Origin: an uncultured Ruminococcus sp.
GTDB lineage: Bacteria > Bacillota > Clostridia > Oscillospirales > Acutalibacteraceae
Direction of reading: 5' to 3'
Assembly: GCA_964609975.1 (NCBI GenBank)
Contig: CAZSTR010000002.1
Span: forward strand, 16,051-80,050
DNA: 64,000 nt
A program made the translations under genes and the position numbers. Below the pieces are notes generated by a model. That model saw nothing but the letters and a program-made list of their open reading frames with translations. It did no database searches and was not told the DNA's origin. Of the stretch, positions 50,577 to 58,853 are shown one piece after another; within the stretch, counting starts at the first letter, position 1; each line of letters opens with the position of its first letter.

Positions 50577-51968
50577 ATGGAAAGAATGGAGATAGTTAGT
50601 TGGATTTTTTGGGTTGTAATATTTGTTGCAACCACATTTTTATCCGTAAAGAAAAGTCGGACCAATCGGCGATATTTGCTGCTTTTTATGGCATGGTATC
50701 CGTTTTTGCCGAATTCTTTCGGGGTTGAATTGTCTGACTCTCTTCCTCTGTTAACTGTCAATCGGCTGTTTTTACTGGTTTTGTTTGTGTATTATTGTTC
50801 GCGCTTCAAGGTGATTCGGCTAACTTTTTTTCGGAGGCACATTTATCTGCTGGCCTTTTTCCTGTTGGTGATTTTGGGTAATCTATGGGCAAGCTTTTCG
50901 TATTCCGGTGCCATAAAGTCCCTGTTTTCAATTGTGGTGGAGCAACTTTTTTTACTTGTTATCCTTGTTAATATACTCAATGATCGGGACACCCTGTATG
51001 CAGGCATAGAGCTGCTTTTATGTGTATTTGCAGTCATATGTTTTGTTGGGATTTTGCAGACAGTTACGGGATACAATTTGGCCGATGTGCTGAAAATGGT
51101 TACAACCCGCGGAGAGTTGACGGCGGAAATTGAGATGCGTATGGGGCGCGTGAGAGCGGCATCGGTATTAAATGCGATTTCTTTCGCTAATCTTTGTGTG
51201 TTTATGACGCCGCTGATCATGTATATGTACGAGACAACAAAAAGTTTGAAATATTTAGCGTTTTTGACACTGGATTTGGTAGCGTTGATTTGCACTATGA
51301 CGCGCGGAGCTCTGTTCAATTTGGCCCTTATCGTGTTAATTATGTGGATTGAACGGGGAAGGAAATTTGTTAAGCACTATATTTGGTATGCTCTTGCGGC
51401 GATAGGCGCTGTTGGTGTGCTATGCATCGTTTCATCTTCTGCGAGAAGTGTGGTAGTCGGTGTTATGCAATCGTTGCTGAATGTATTTGGGTTGAATGTG
51501 CGTATCGAAAATTTTGGAGCGAATGAAACGCGGGGAGTGATTTCGCGGACGGAGCAGTGGACCGGTATTCTTTGGGCGCTAAAAAATTGTCCGCTGTTTG
51601 GCTTTGGACCGGATGCCTATGCGCGAGGGCTGGTGTATTATTACAGTGTGGAGGCGGGATGGTATCCTGCCAGAGCATTGGATACAGGCTTTACCTCCAT
51701 CGTTGCGCAAAACGGTTGCGTGGGCGGCGTGGCTTATTTAATTTTATATATCTGTTTGCTTGTTGGAGCATTTCGTCGTAGTTATCGTGTTCCCCAAAAA
51801 GACAATATGAACCGGGCTTTTAAGTATTGTTTTTTGCTCCTGTTTACACTAAATACCACATCTACCTTTTTGGATCAGAATATTTTCTGGATCGTTACAG
51901 CAATGTATATTGCTTTCAACACGAACAGATTATATTCATCACCGGAAAAGAAGGAGGCGATCTATTGA
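50577..51968 (+). CDS. O-antigen ligase/polymerase family membrane protein (Wzy-like)
   Basis: 463 aa with ~11-12 TM and a large loop carrying TMTRGALF...GFGPDAY-type blocks. Markedly low GC. Confidence 0.7.
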   Translation: MERMEIVSWIFWVVIFVATTFLSVKKSRTNRRYLLLFMAWYPFLPNSFGVELSDSLPLLTVNRLFLLVLFVYYCSRFKVIRLTFFRRHIYLLAFFLLVILGNLWASFSYSGAIKSLFSIVVEQLFLLVILVNILNDRDTLYAGIELLLCVFAVICFVGILQTVTGYNLADVLKMVTTRGELTAEIEMRMGRVRAASVLNAISFANLCVFMTPLIMYMYETTKSLKYLAFLTLDLVALICTMTRGALFNLALIVLIMWIERGRKFVKHYIWYALAAIGAVGVLCIVSSSARSVVVGVMQSLLNVFGLNVRIENFGANETRGVISRTEQWTGILWALKNCPLFGFGPDAYARGLVYYYSVEAGWYPARALDTGFTSIVAQNGCVGGVAYLILYICLLVGAFRRSYRVPQKDNMNRAFKYCFLLLFTLNTTSTFLDQNIFWIVTAMYIAFNTNRLYSSPEKKEAIY

Positions 51969-52603
51969 ATATCACAAAAAAGATGCGTTCTTTGTGGCAT
52001 AAAAGGAAGCTGAAAAAGCAGTGGCGTATTCGCAATCCGCACAACCACACATATGCAGCTTCTGTTTTTCCGGTAGAGTCTGTTACGGTTGGAGAGGGAA
52101 CATACGGTCCGATTCGCGCGATATACTATGCCGGTTGTAATTGTCATTTGACAATTGGGCGGTATTGTTCTTTGGCAGAGCAGACCTCGTTTTTGTTAGG
52201 TGGCGAGCATCCTCTAAACCGTATATCCACCTATCCGTTTGGGAAGTGGTTTGAATCCGATTTTTCAGATTGCATATCCAAGGGTGACATTGTTCTGGAA
52301 GATGATGTGTGGTTGGGATATGGAGTTACAGTTCTCTCTAATGCGCATATTGGCCGTGGATGTGTGGTTGCTGCGGGCGCGGTTGTGGTTGGAGAGCTGG
52401 AGCCTTATGGAATTTATGCAGGAGTGCCTGCCCGTTTGATTCGAAAGCGCTTTTCTGACGAAATCATTGAAAAGTTGATGCAGATAGACTATAAGAAAAT
52501 CGACGGCGAATTTTATTTGAAAAACAAAGAGTTGTTTTCAACAACGGCAACTGCGGAAACGTTGGAACGGTTATTGAACGCTTTGCAGGGAGGGGTTCTA
52601 TGA
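51965..52603 (+). CDS. hexapeptide-repeat O-acetyltransferase (CatB/Vat-like)
   Basis: LLGGEHPLNRISTYPF, VWLGYGVTVLSNAHIGRGCVVAAGAVV and GVPARLIRKRF blocks. The TTG at 51965 lies 8 nt after GAAGGAGG; the ATG at 51983 is an alternative. Confidence 0.8.
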   Translation: MNITKKMRSLWHKRKLKKQWRIRNPHNHTYAASVFPVESVTVGEGTYGPIRAIYYAGCNCHLTIGRYCSLAEQTSFLLGGEHPLNRISTYPFGKWFESDFSDCISKGDIVLEDDVWLGYGVTVLSNAHIGRGCVVAAGAVVVGELEPYGIYAGVPARLIRKRFSDEIIEKLMQIDYKKIDGEFYLKNKELFSTTATAETLERLLNALQGGVL

Positions 52604-53409
52604 CAGCTTTTTTTGTTGTAACACATAAGCAGGCGGCTATTCCACAAAAGCCGGGCTTTGTTCCAATGCTGGTTGGCAAAAAAGATTTTTCTTTGCCGGG
52701 GGCGGCACGAGATGATATTGGTGATAATATTGCCGAAAAAAACCCCTCCTTTTGTGAGCTGACAGCGCAGTATACGATGTGGAAAAATCCTCCGGTTATG
52801 TCCGACTATGTGGCATTGGCGCATTATCGGCGTTATTTTACCACCAGAGCGCTCAGCTCAAGTTCTCGCTTTTTTCTGGATGCGGAAACGACAGAACAGG
52901 CGATGCATAAAGCGGAAGTGTTGTTGGCAGCTCCGCGATATTTCAGCTGTACAGTTGAGAAAAATTATTATCTGTACGGAGCGGGAAAGCGAAAGGATTT
53001 GGAAAACACCGAGCGTATTTTACAAGATAAGTATCCAGAGTATCTTGAGACATTTCGGCGGGTGCTTCGTCGAAATCATGCCAGCTACTTTAATATGTTT
53101 GTTATGAGCCGTATGCATTTTGAGAAATACTGTACCTGGTTGTTCGATGTGTTGTTTACTCTGGAGGCACAAACGGATTTGACTGGGTATACGGATGCCG
53201 AGAGGCGTGTGTTTGGCTATCTGTCTGAAATTCTTTTGAATGTGTGGGTGGAGAAAAATCAACTTCGCGTACGATATATGCCCGTTGCTGAAACAGAGGT
53301 AAAGGGGAATTATCAAAAGCACTGTTTTCGTAAATTTGTGGTTCAGTGGAGACGAAGAATCTCCTACTGGGTTCGTTTACGGGATTTAAGAAAGGCGAAC
53401 GATGAATAA
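52600..53409 (+). CDS. DUF4422 domain-containing putative glycosyltransferase
   Basis: FVVTHKQ...MLVGK...DNIAEKNPSFCELTAQYTMWKN...LAHYRRYF is the DUF4422 pattern. The family is frequently linked with glf. Confidence 0.75.
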   Translation: MTAFFVVTHKQAAIPQKPGFVPMLVGKKDFSLPGAARDDIGDNIAEKNPSFCELTAQYTMWKNPPVMSDYVALAHYRRYFTTRALSSSSRFFLDAETTEQAMHKAEVLLAAPRYFSCTVEKNYYLYGAGKRKDLENTERILQDKYPEYLETFRRVLRRNHASYFNMFVMSRMHFEKYCTWLFDVLFTLEAQTDLTGYTDAERRVFGYLSEILLNVWVEKNQLRVRYMPVAETEVKGNYQKHCFRKFVVQWRRRISYWVRLRDLRKANDE

Positions 53410-54880
53410 TCGAGAAAAAAAGGCACCGTCTGTGCGCACCAATTTTTTGATGAACACATTTTTGACGATGTCACAGTTCATTTTTCCACTTATAACTTTT
53501 CCGTACGTTTCAAGGACTTTGCAACCTGTTGGCGTTGGAAAAGTTACTTTTGCCACCTCGGTTGTTTCATATTTTTTGATATTGGCACAGCTGGGGATAC
53601 CGACCTATGGAATACGCGCCTGTGCTCGTGTGCGTGATGACCGAGAGAAACTGACGCGCACAGTACATGAGCTTTTGTTCATCAATGTGGTGACCTGTGC
53701 GCTGGCGTATGTGCTGTTTTTTGGCGCAATTATGATTGTGCCTCGCTTCCGGCATGATTGGGTGCTGATGCTTGTTGTGAGCTTTAGTATGCTTTTCAAT
53801 ACGATTGGCGTTGAATGGTTATATAAAGCCATTGAGCAGTATACCTATATCACTGTGCGCTCTATCCTGTTTAAGCTTGTTGCTGTTGTGGCGATGATTA
53901 TTTTAGTGCATCGGCCGGAGGACTATGTGATTTATGGTGGTATTTCCATATTTGCTGCTTCGGCGTCCAATTTGTTGAACTTTATCAATCTGCACAAGCA
54001 CATCGGCTTGCGTCCGGTAGGCGATTTTCAGCCATGGCGGCATTTGAAGGCGGTGCTTGTGTTTTTTGCCATGTCCTGTACTACGACTATCTATACAAAT
54101 TTAGATACGGTTATGCTGGGCTTTATGCAGGGCGATGCGGAGGTGGGATATTATAATACGGCAGTAAAAATTCGGTATTTGCTGGTTTGCTTGGTAACCT
54201 CGCTGGGAGCGGTCCTATTGCCGAGAGTGTCCTATTATATCGAAAAGAAGCAATTAGACGAATTTTATCGTGTTAATCGCAAAGCGATGAATTTTATGCT
54301 TCTGCTGGCGGCGCCTTTAACGGTATATTTCACACTCTTCGCCAATGAGGGAATTGCTTTTATTGCTTCTTCTGAGTTCGCAAATGCAGCTTTTCCGTTG
54401 CGGTTGTTATTGCCCACAATTTTGTTAATTGGAATGACGAATCTAACAGGTCTCCAGGTGCTGGTTCCTATGGGGAAAGAAAAAATTGTGTTTATTTCTA
54501 CCGTCTGTGGTGCTATAACAGATTTGATTGCGAATGCCATATTGATACCCTCGATGGCTTCGGCAGGAGCGGCGATTGGCACACTGATTGCGGAAATGGT
54601 TGTGTGGGTCGTTCAGCATATTGCATTGCGAAAGACGGTTGGACAACTGTATACAGGGATACGATATTTTTCTATAGTTGTAGCATTGATTGCTGGAGGT
54701 ATCGCTTCTTTTTGGGTGCACTATTGTGCGATTGGTACATTTTGGACCTTGGCGGTATCAGCCATCTTGTTTTTTTGTGTATATGGAGGCTTGCTATTGC
54801 TTTTGCGAGAGCCGCTGGTCACTGAGCTTGTGCAGCAGCTTGTACACAAGGCAAGCAAATTACTCAAAAGGGAGGTTTGA
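53402..54880 (+). CDS. oligosaccharide flippase (Wzx/MOP family), copy 2
   Basis: 492 aa with ~14 TM. N-terminus NFLMNTFLTMSQFIFPLITFPYVSRTLQPVGVGKVTF. Confidence 0.85.
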   Translation: MNNREKKAPSVRTNFLMNTFLTMSQFIFPLITFPYVSRTLQPVGVGKVTFATSVVSYFLILAQLGIPTYGIRACARVRDDREKLTRTVHELLFINVVTCALAYVLFFGAIMIVPRFRHDWVLMLVVSFSMLFNTIGVEWLYKAIEQYTYITVRSILFKLVAVVAMIILVHRPEDYVIYGGISIFAASASNLLNFINLHKHIGLRPVGDFQPWRHLKAVLVFFAMSCTTTIYTNLDTVMLGFMQGDAEVGYYNTAVKIRYLLVCLVTSLGAVLLPRVSYYIEKKQLDEFYRVNRKAMNFMLLLAAPLTVYFTLFANEGIAFIASSEFANAAFPLRLLLPTILLIGMTNLTGLQVLVPMGKEKIVFISTVCGAITDLIANAILIPSMASAGAAIGTLIAEMVVWVVQHIALRKTVGQLYTGIRYFSIVVALIAGGIASFWVHYCAIGTFWTLAVSAILFFCVYGGLLLLLREPLVTELVQQLVHKASKLLKREV

Positions 54881-54888
54881 CATCGTCG

Positions 54889-55983
54889 ATGTATGATTAT
54901 CTGATTGTGGGAGCTGGGCTATACGGTGCGGTGATAGCGCGACAGGCGCTGGATGCCGGAAAGACGGTGCTGGTGGTGGACAAGCGCCCCCATATCGCCG
55001 GCAATGTGTATACCGAGGAGCTGGAGAACATTCATGTACATCGGTATGGAGCACACATTTTTCACACGAACGATTCTGCGGTGTGGAGCTATGTGAACCG
55101 CTTTGCGGAATTTAACCGCTTTACTAATGCGCCGGTGGCGAATTTCCACGGGGAACTGTATTCCATGCCCTTCAATATGTACACCTTCAACCGGATGTGG
55201 GGTGTGGTAACACCGGAGCAGGCGGCCGCAAAAATCGAGGAACAGCGGAAGGCGGCGGGCATCACAAACCCGAAAAACCTGGAGGAGCAGGCGATTTCGC
55301 TGGTGGGAACGGACATCTATGAAAAGCTGATTCAAGGCTATACGGAGAAGCAATGGGGCCGCCCCTGCCGGGAATTGCCGGCTTTCATCATTCGGCGGCT
55401 TCCGGTGCGTCTCACCTTTGACAACAACTATTTTAACGCTCGCTACCAGGGAATTCCGCTGGGCGGGTATACCGCTATGGTGGAGCGGATGTTGGCGGGC
55501 GCCGAGGTGCGCACGGGGGTGGATTATCTGGACCAAAAGGCGGAACTGGACGGGCTGGCGGAGCAGGTGATTTATACCGGCTCCATCGATGCCTATTTCG
55601 ACTATCGACTGGGCGCGCTGCAATATCGGTCGGTGCGTTTTGAAACCGAGGTGCTGGATATGCCGAATTTCCAGGGGAATGCCGCGGTGAACTATACGGA
55701 CCGGGAGACGCCCTTCACGCGCATTATCGAGCACAAGTGGTTCGAGGACAAAAATCAACCGAAAACCGTTATCAGTCGTGAATATAGCTCCGAATGGAAG
55801 CCGGGCGACGAACCGTATTATCCGGTCAATGACCAGCGCAACAACGAGCTGTATGAGGCGTATCGCCAGCTGGCAGAGAATGAGAAAAAGGTCTCCTTTG
55901 GCGGCCGCTTGGGCGAATATAAGTATTATGACATGGACGCGGTGATTGGGGTGGCGCTGAAGAAAGCGCAGGAGCTGTTCTGA
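54889..55983 (+). CDS. glf: UDP-galactopyranose mutase
   Basis: MYDYLIVGAGLYGAVIA (FAD motif), NVYTEE...HRYGAHIFHT, YTEKQWG and IEHKWF blocks. The TTG at 54877 abuts the RBS, so the ATG at 54889 is preferred. Confidence 0.95.
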   Translation: MYDYLIVGAGLYGAVIARQALDAGKTVLVVDKRPHIAGNVYTEELENIHVHRYGAHIFHTNDSAVWSYVNRFAEFNRFTNAPVANFHGELYSMPFNMYTFNRMWGVVTPEQAAAKIEEQRKAAGITNPKNLEEQAISLVGTDIYEKLIQGYTEKQWGRPCRELPAFIIRRLPVRLTFDNNYFNARYQGIPLGGYTAMVERMLAGAEVRTGVDYLDQKAELDGLAEQVIYTGSIDAYFDYRLGALQYRSVRFETEVLDMPNFQGNAAVNYTDRETPFTRIIEHKWFEDKNQPKTVISREYSSEWKPGDEPYYPVNDQRNNELYEAYRQLAENEKKVSFGGRLGEYKYYDMDAVIGVALKKAQELF

Positions 55984-56022
55984 GCCACGGCGAAGCGTAG
56001 ACCCGAAGCAAAGGAGAACGAA

Positions 56023-56700
56023 ATGTATCTATACGAAATGCACCAGCACACCGGCGGCTGTAGCGCCTGCTCCGCCGCCGAGCCTCGCGAGGTGGTGCGG
56101 GCGCTGAAAAGGGACGGCTTTTCCGGCATGGTGCTGACCAACCATTTTTATCACGGAAACACCGGGATTGTGCGACATCAGCCCTGGGAGGATTTCGTGC
56201 GCCCCTTCGAAGCAGCCTATGAGGAGGCGCGCGCCGAAGGAGAGCGGCTGGATTTTGATGTGCTCTTCGGCCTGGAGGAGGCGGTGGGCGGCGGCAAAGA
56301 GGTGCTGCTGTATGGCATCACCCCAACCTTTCTCTATGCCCATCCGGAGTTGCGGGACGGCGGACTGGAGCTGGTGGCGGAGCGGGTACATGAGGCCGGC
56401 GGGCTGGTGTTTCAAGCCCATCCCTTTCGGGTGCGGGACTATATCGAAGATCCCAACGCGCCGTTGCCGACGGCTTTCCTGGACGGAATGGAAACCTTCA
56501 ACGCCTGCAACGGCGATTTGGAAAACCGGCGGGCGGAGCTGTATGCCCAGGCCAATGGACTGCGCCCCTGCGCCGGGTCGGACGCCCACGCGGCGGATTT
56601 CTCCGCTCGTGTCGGAATTGTCGCGGAACGGCGTTTGCACACCGAGGCGGAGCTGGCGGAGGCCTTGCGCCGGGGTGAATACACTCTGCAAACGAAATGA
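56023..56700 (+). CDS. PHP domain-containing metal-dependent phosphoesterase
   Basis: MYLYEMHQHTGGCS (HxH motif I), MVLTNHF, QAHPF and GSDAH blocks. Confidence 0.7.
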   Translation: MYLYEMHQHTGGCSACSAAEPREVVRALKRDGFSGMVLTNHFYHGNTGIVRHQPWEDFVRPFEAAYEEARAEGERLDFDVLFGLEEAVGGGKEVLLYGITPTFLYAHPELRDGGLELVAERVHEAGGLVFQAHPFRVRDYIEDPNAPLPTAFLDGMETFNACNGDLENRRAELYAQANGLRPCAGSDAHAADFSARVGIVAERRLHTEAELAEALRRGEYTLQTK

Positions 56701-56702
56701 TA

Positions 56703-56730
56703 AAAGCGAAGGCCACGCGGCCTTCGCTTT
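56703..56730 (+). terminator. stem-loop after the PHP gene
   Basis: 12-bp perfect stem AAAGCGAAGGCC / GGCCTTCGCTTT, loop ACGC. Only a short T tract. Confidence 0.5.
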
Positions 56731-56875
56731 ATCACCATATACAATAGGGTGGTATATAATGGGCAATGGGGAGCGCGGCCGGGCATCCTCTGTGAGAACT
56801 TCCCCGGCGGTATTGCTTTTTCGTTGGGAAATTGCTATAATGGGCAAAGGAGTATAAGAAAGGATTCAAAAGAAT

Positions 56876-58051
56876 ATGGCACAGACAGAAAACGGATTTT
56901 CTTCTTTGGCCCTTAGCGAGCCGACTATGAAGGCGCTGGACGCGATGGGCTTCAATGCCCCCACCCCGATTCAGCGGGAAACGATTCCACTGATGATGGA
57001 GGGGCGGGATTTAATTGCGAAGGCCCCTACCGGCACAGGAAAAACCTGCGCCTTCGGCATTCCGCTGATTGAATGTCTAAACCCGGACATGAAGGATTTG
57101 CAGGCGGTGGTGGTTTGCCCCACACGGGAGCTTTGCGAGCAGATTACGGCGGATTTGCGGGCGCTGGTGCGCTTCAACCCGGCGATTCGGGTGGCGGCGG
57201 TATACGGCGGTCAGCCCATGGGGAAGCAGGTGGAGGCGTTGAAGCGCCATCCTCATATTGTGGTGGCGACGCCCGGCCGCCTGCTGGACCATATGAGCCG
57301 CGGAAATATTTGGCTGGGGAATTTGTATACGGCGGTTCTGGACGAAGCGGACGAAATGCTGAAAATGGGCTTCATCAAGGATGTGCGCCGCATCCTCAAC
57401 GCTACCCCCGGTGACACCCAGGTGGTGATGTTCAGCGCTACCATTTCCCGGGAGGTGATGGATGTGGCCTGGGAATATCAGCACGATGCGGTGGAAATTC
57501 AGGTGGCGGCGGAGGGCGACAGCCGCCCCCGTATCGACCAATATCTCATCCCCTCCTCCGGCTCTCAGCGTCTGGAGGATATGCTGGATATCATCCGACA
57601 GGAGGATTATCACCGAGTGATGGTGTTCGCCAACATGAAATGCACCGTGCGCCAGCTCACCGAGCGCCTGCAAAAGCGTCATGGCTCAGTAGACTGTCTC
57701 CATGGAGATATGCCCCAGGTTCTGCGCAACAAGGTGATGGCAAAATTCCGCGCCAACCAGCTGGAGCTGCTGGTAGCCACGGATGTGGCCGCCCGTGGGA
57801 TTGATGTGGAGGATGTAGAAGCGGTTTTCAACTATGACATCCCGGAGGAGAACGAATATTATCTCCATCGCATCGGCCGCACCGGCCGGGCGAAGCGTCA
57901 GGGCGCCGCCTACACCTTCTACACGGAGAGCGATCGCTATCGGATTCGGGATATTCTCAAATATACCCGGTCGGAGGCAATGGCTATGCGCTTCGATGAA
58001 AACCGCCGGTTGGTTTCGGCGGAAACAACTGCTGAACAGCCGAAAAACTGA
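56876..58051 (+). CDS. DEAD-box ATP-dependent RNA helicase
   Basis: Q motif, AKAPTGTGKT, PTRELC, LDEADEML (DEAD), SAT, and HRIGRTGRA. Confidence 0.95.
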   Translation: MAQTENGFSSLALSEPTMKALDAMGFNAPTPIQRETIPLMMEGRDLIAKAPTGTGKTCAFGIPLIECLNPDMKDLQAVVVCPTRELCEQITADLRALVRFNPAIRVAAVYGGQPMGKQVEALKRHPHIVVATPGRLLDHMSRGNIWLGNLYTAVLDEADEMLKMGFIKDVRRILNATPGDTQVVMFSATISREVMDVAWEYQHDAVEIQVAAEGDSRPRIDQYLIPSSGSQRLEDMLDIIRQEDYHRVMVFANMKCTVRQLTERLQKRHGSVDCLHGDMPQVLRNKVMAKFRANQLELLVATDVAARGIDVEDVEAVFNYDIPEENEYYLHRIGRTGRAKRQGAAYTFYTESDRYRIRDILKYTRSEAMAMRFDENRRLVSAETTAEQPKN

Positions 58052-58064
58052 AAAAATTTCCAAA

Positions 58065-58103
58065 GGGAAGCGCCGGTTTTTTGACCGGTCGCTTCCCTTT
58101 TTT
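58065..58103 (+). terminator. Rho-independent terminator after the helicase gene
   Basis: GGGAAGCG...CGCTTCCC stem with inner CCGGT/ACCGG pairing, followed by TTTTTT. Confidence 0.85.
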
Positions 58104-58330
58104 GCACCAAAAGTGGGCGAAGGATTGGCAATTCCACCCGGATTTTAGATTTATACGGAAAAATGTAAAAAAATCCGAGCGAAAACTAGGAAAACCTGGA
58201 TTTTCGGCTAAAATAAATTGATTTTTTCTCTTTTTTGCGGTCGCTGGATGGGGCGGATTTGGTTGGTTGCACAAAAAATTGCCATTTTTCGGGAGCTTTG
58301 ATTTCGCTCCCATAAATGGCAGAAAAAGGC

Positions 58331-58378
58331 AAAAAGTGAGGAAAAGGTTACAATTTTGTAACCTTTTCCTCACTTTTT
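58331..58378. repeat. 48-nt near-perfect palindrome (terminator-like on both strands)
   Basis: AAAAAGTGAGGAAAAGGTTACAA (58331-58353) and its exact complement TTGTAACCTTTTCCTCACTTTTT (58356-58378). No annotated gene ends here. Confidence 0.8.
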
Positions 58379-58514
58379 TGGTCGGATTTACGCAAAATGC
58401 GGAAAAATGCCGCGAAAACGCTGCCGGCCGTTTTTGAATTTTGGTTTTGCGGCTTTTTTCGAAAAAACCGCGAAATTATTGCATTTTGCACAAAAACCGT
58501 GCTTTTCAATGCGG

Positions 58515-58543
58515 TTGACATTACGGATTTGTCTGCGTATAAT
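58515..58543 (+). promoter_or_regulatory. consensus sigma-A promoter driving a ~300-nt leader
   Basis: TTGACA (58515-58520), 17 nt, TATAAT (58538-58543). The next start codon with an RBS is at 58854. Confidence 0.75.
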
Positions 58544-58853
58544 GGCACATAGATTGAAAGTCCCCATTGTTTGACCGATTTGCAGAGGACTGCGCGAAGG
58601 TGCCGGCGATGAATTTCTGTGTGCTGCCGAAAAGCCTTTGCTTCCCCCTCTTGCTGTTTTGAATAAACGGAGAATCCAACCGAAACGGCAAGCGTCCCTG
58701 CAAACAACAGACGGTGCGCTCCTTTAGGAAGGAACGGAGATTTTGCATAACCTTCCGAAAAAGAGAAATACTGGAATCGGGCGATATATTTTCCGGTTTC
58801 CGTTGGATGCTCTGTATGGCAGAACCTGCTCCGTCGGCAGAAAGGAAGCAATT

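Noticed and set aside
56023-56700. PHP protein as a CpsB/Wzh-type tyrosine phosphatase partner of the PCP-like protein.
   Set aside because: Only the generic PHP HxH motif is recognisable. No active BY-kinase or tyrosine cluster is present. Kept as a remark inside another finding, not as a call.
58660-58700. Glycine-riboswitch-like string ACGGAGAAUCCAACCGAAACGGCAAG.
   Set aside because: The GGAGA and CCGAA..GCAA elements are too close together to hold the P2/P3 helices. The CUCAGGCAAAAGGAC-type 3' block is absent. The gene context is also wrong.
58544-58853. ydaO (c-di-AMP) riboswitch expected upstream of a DUF348-G5-3D gene.
   Set aside because: I looked for the conserved blocks as I recall them (GCGGGGGACCCA-like, GGGGUGAAUCC, CCCGAAxCCGxCAGCUAACCUCGUAAGCG). 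I found only loose resemblances (ACGGAGAAUCC, GGGCGAU). A covariance-model scan is needed before making any call.
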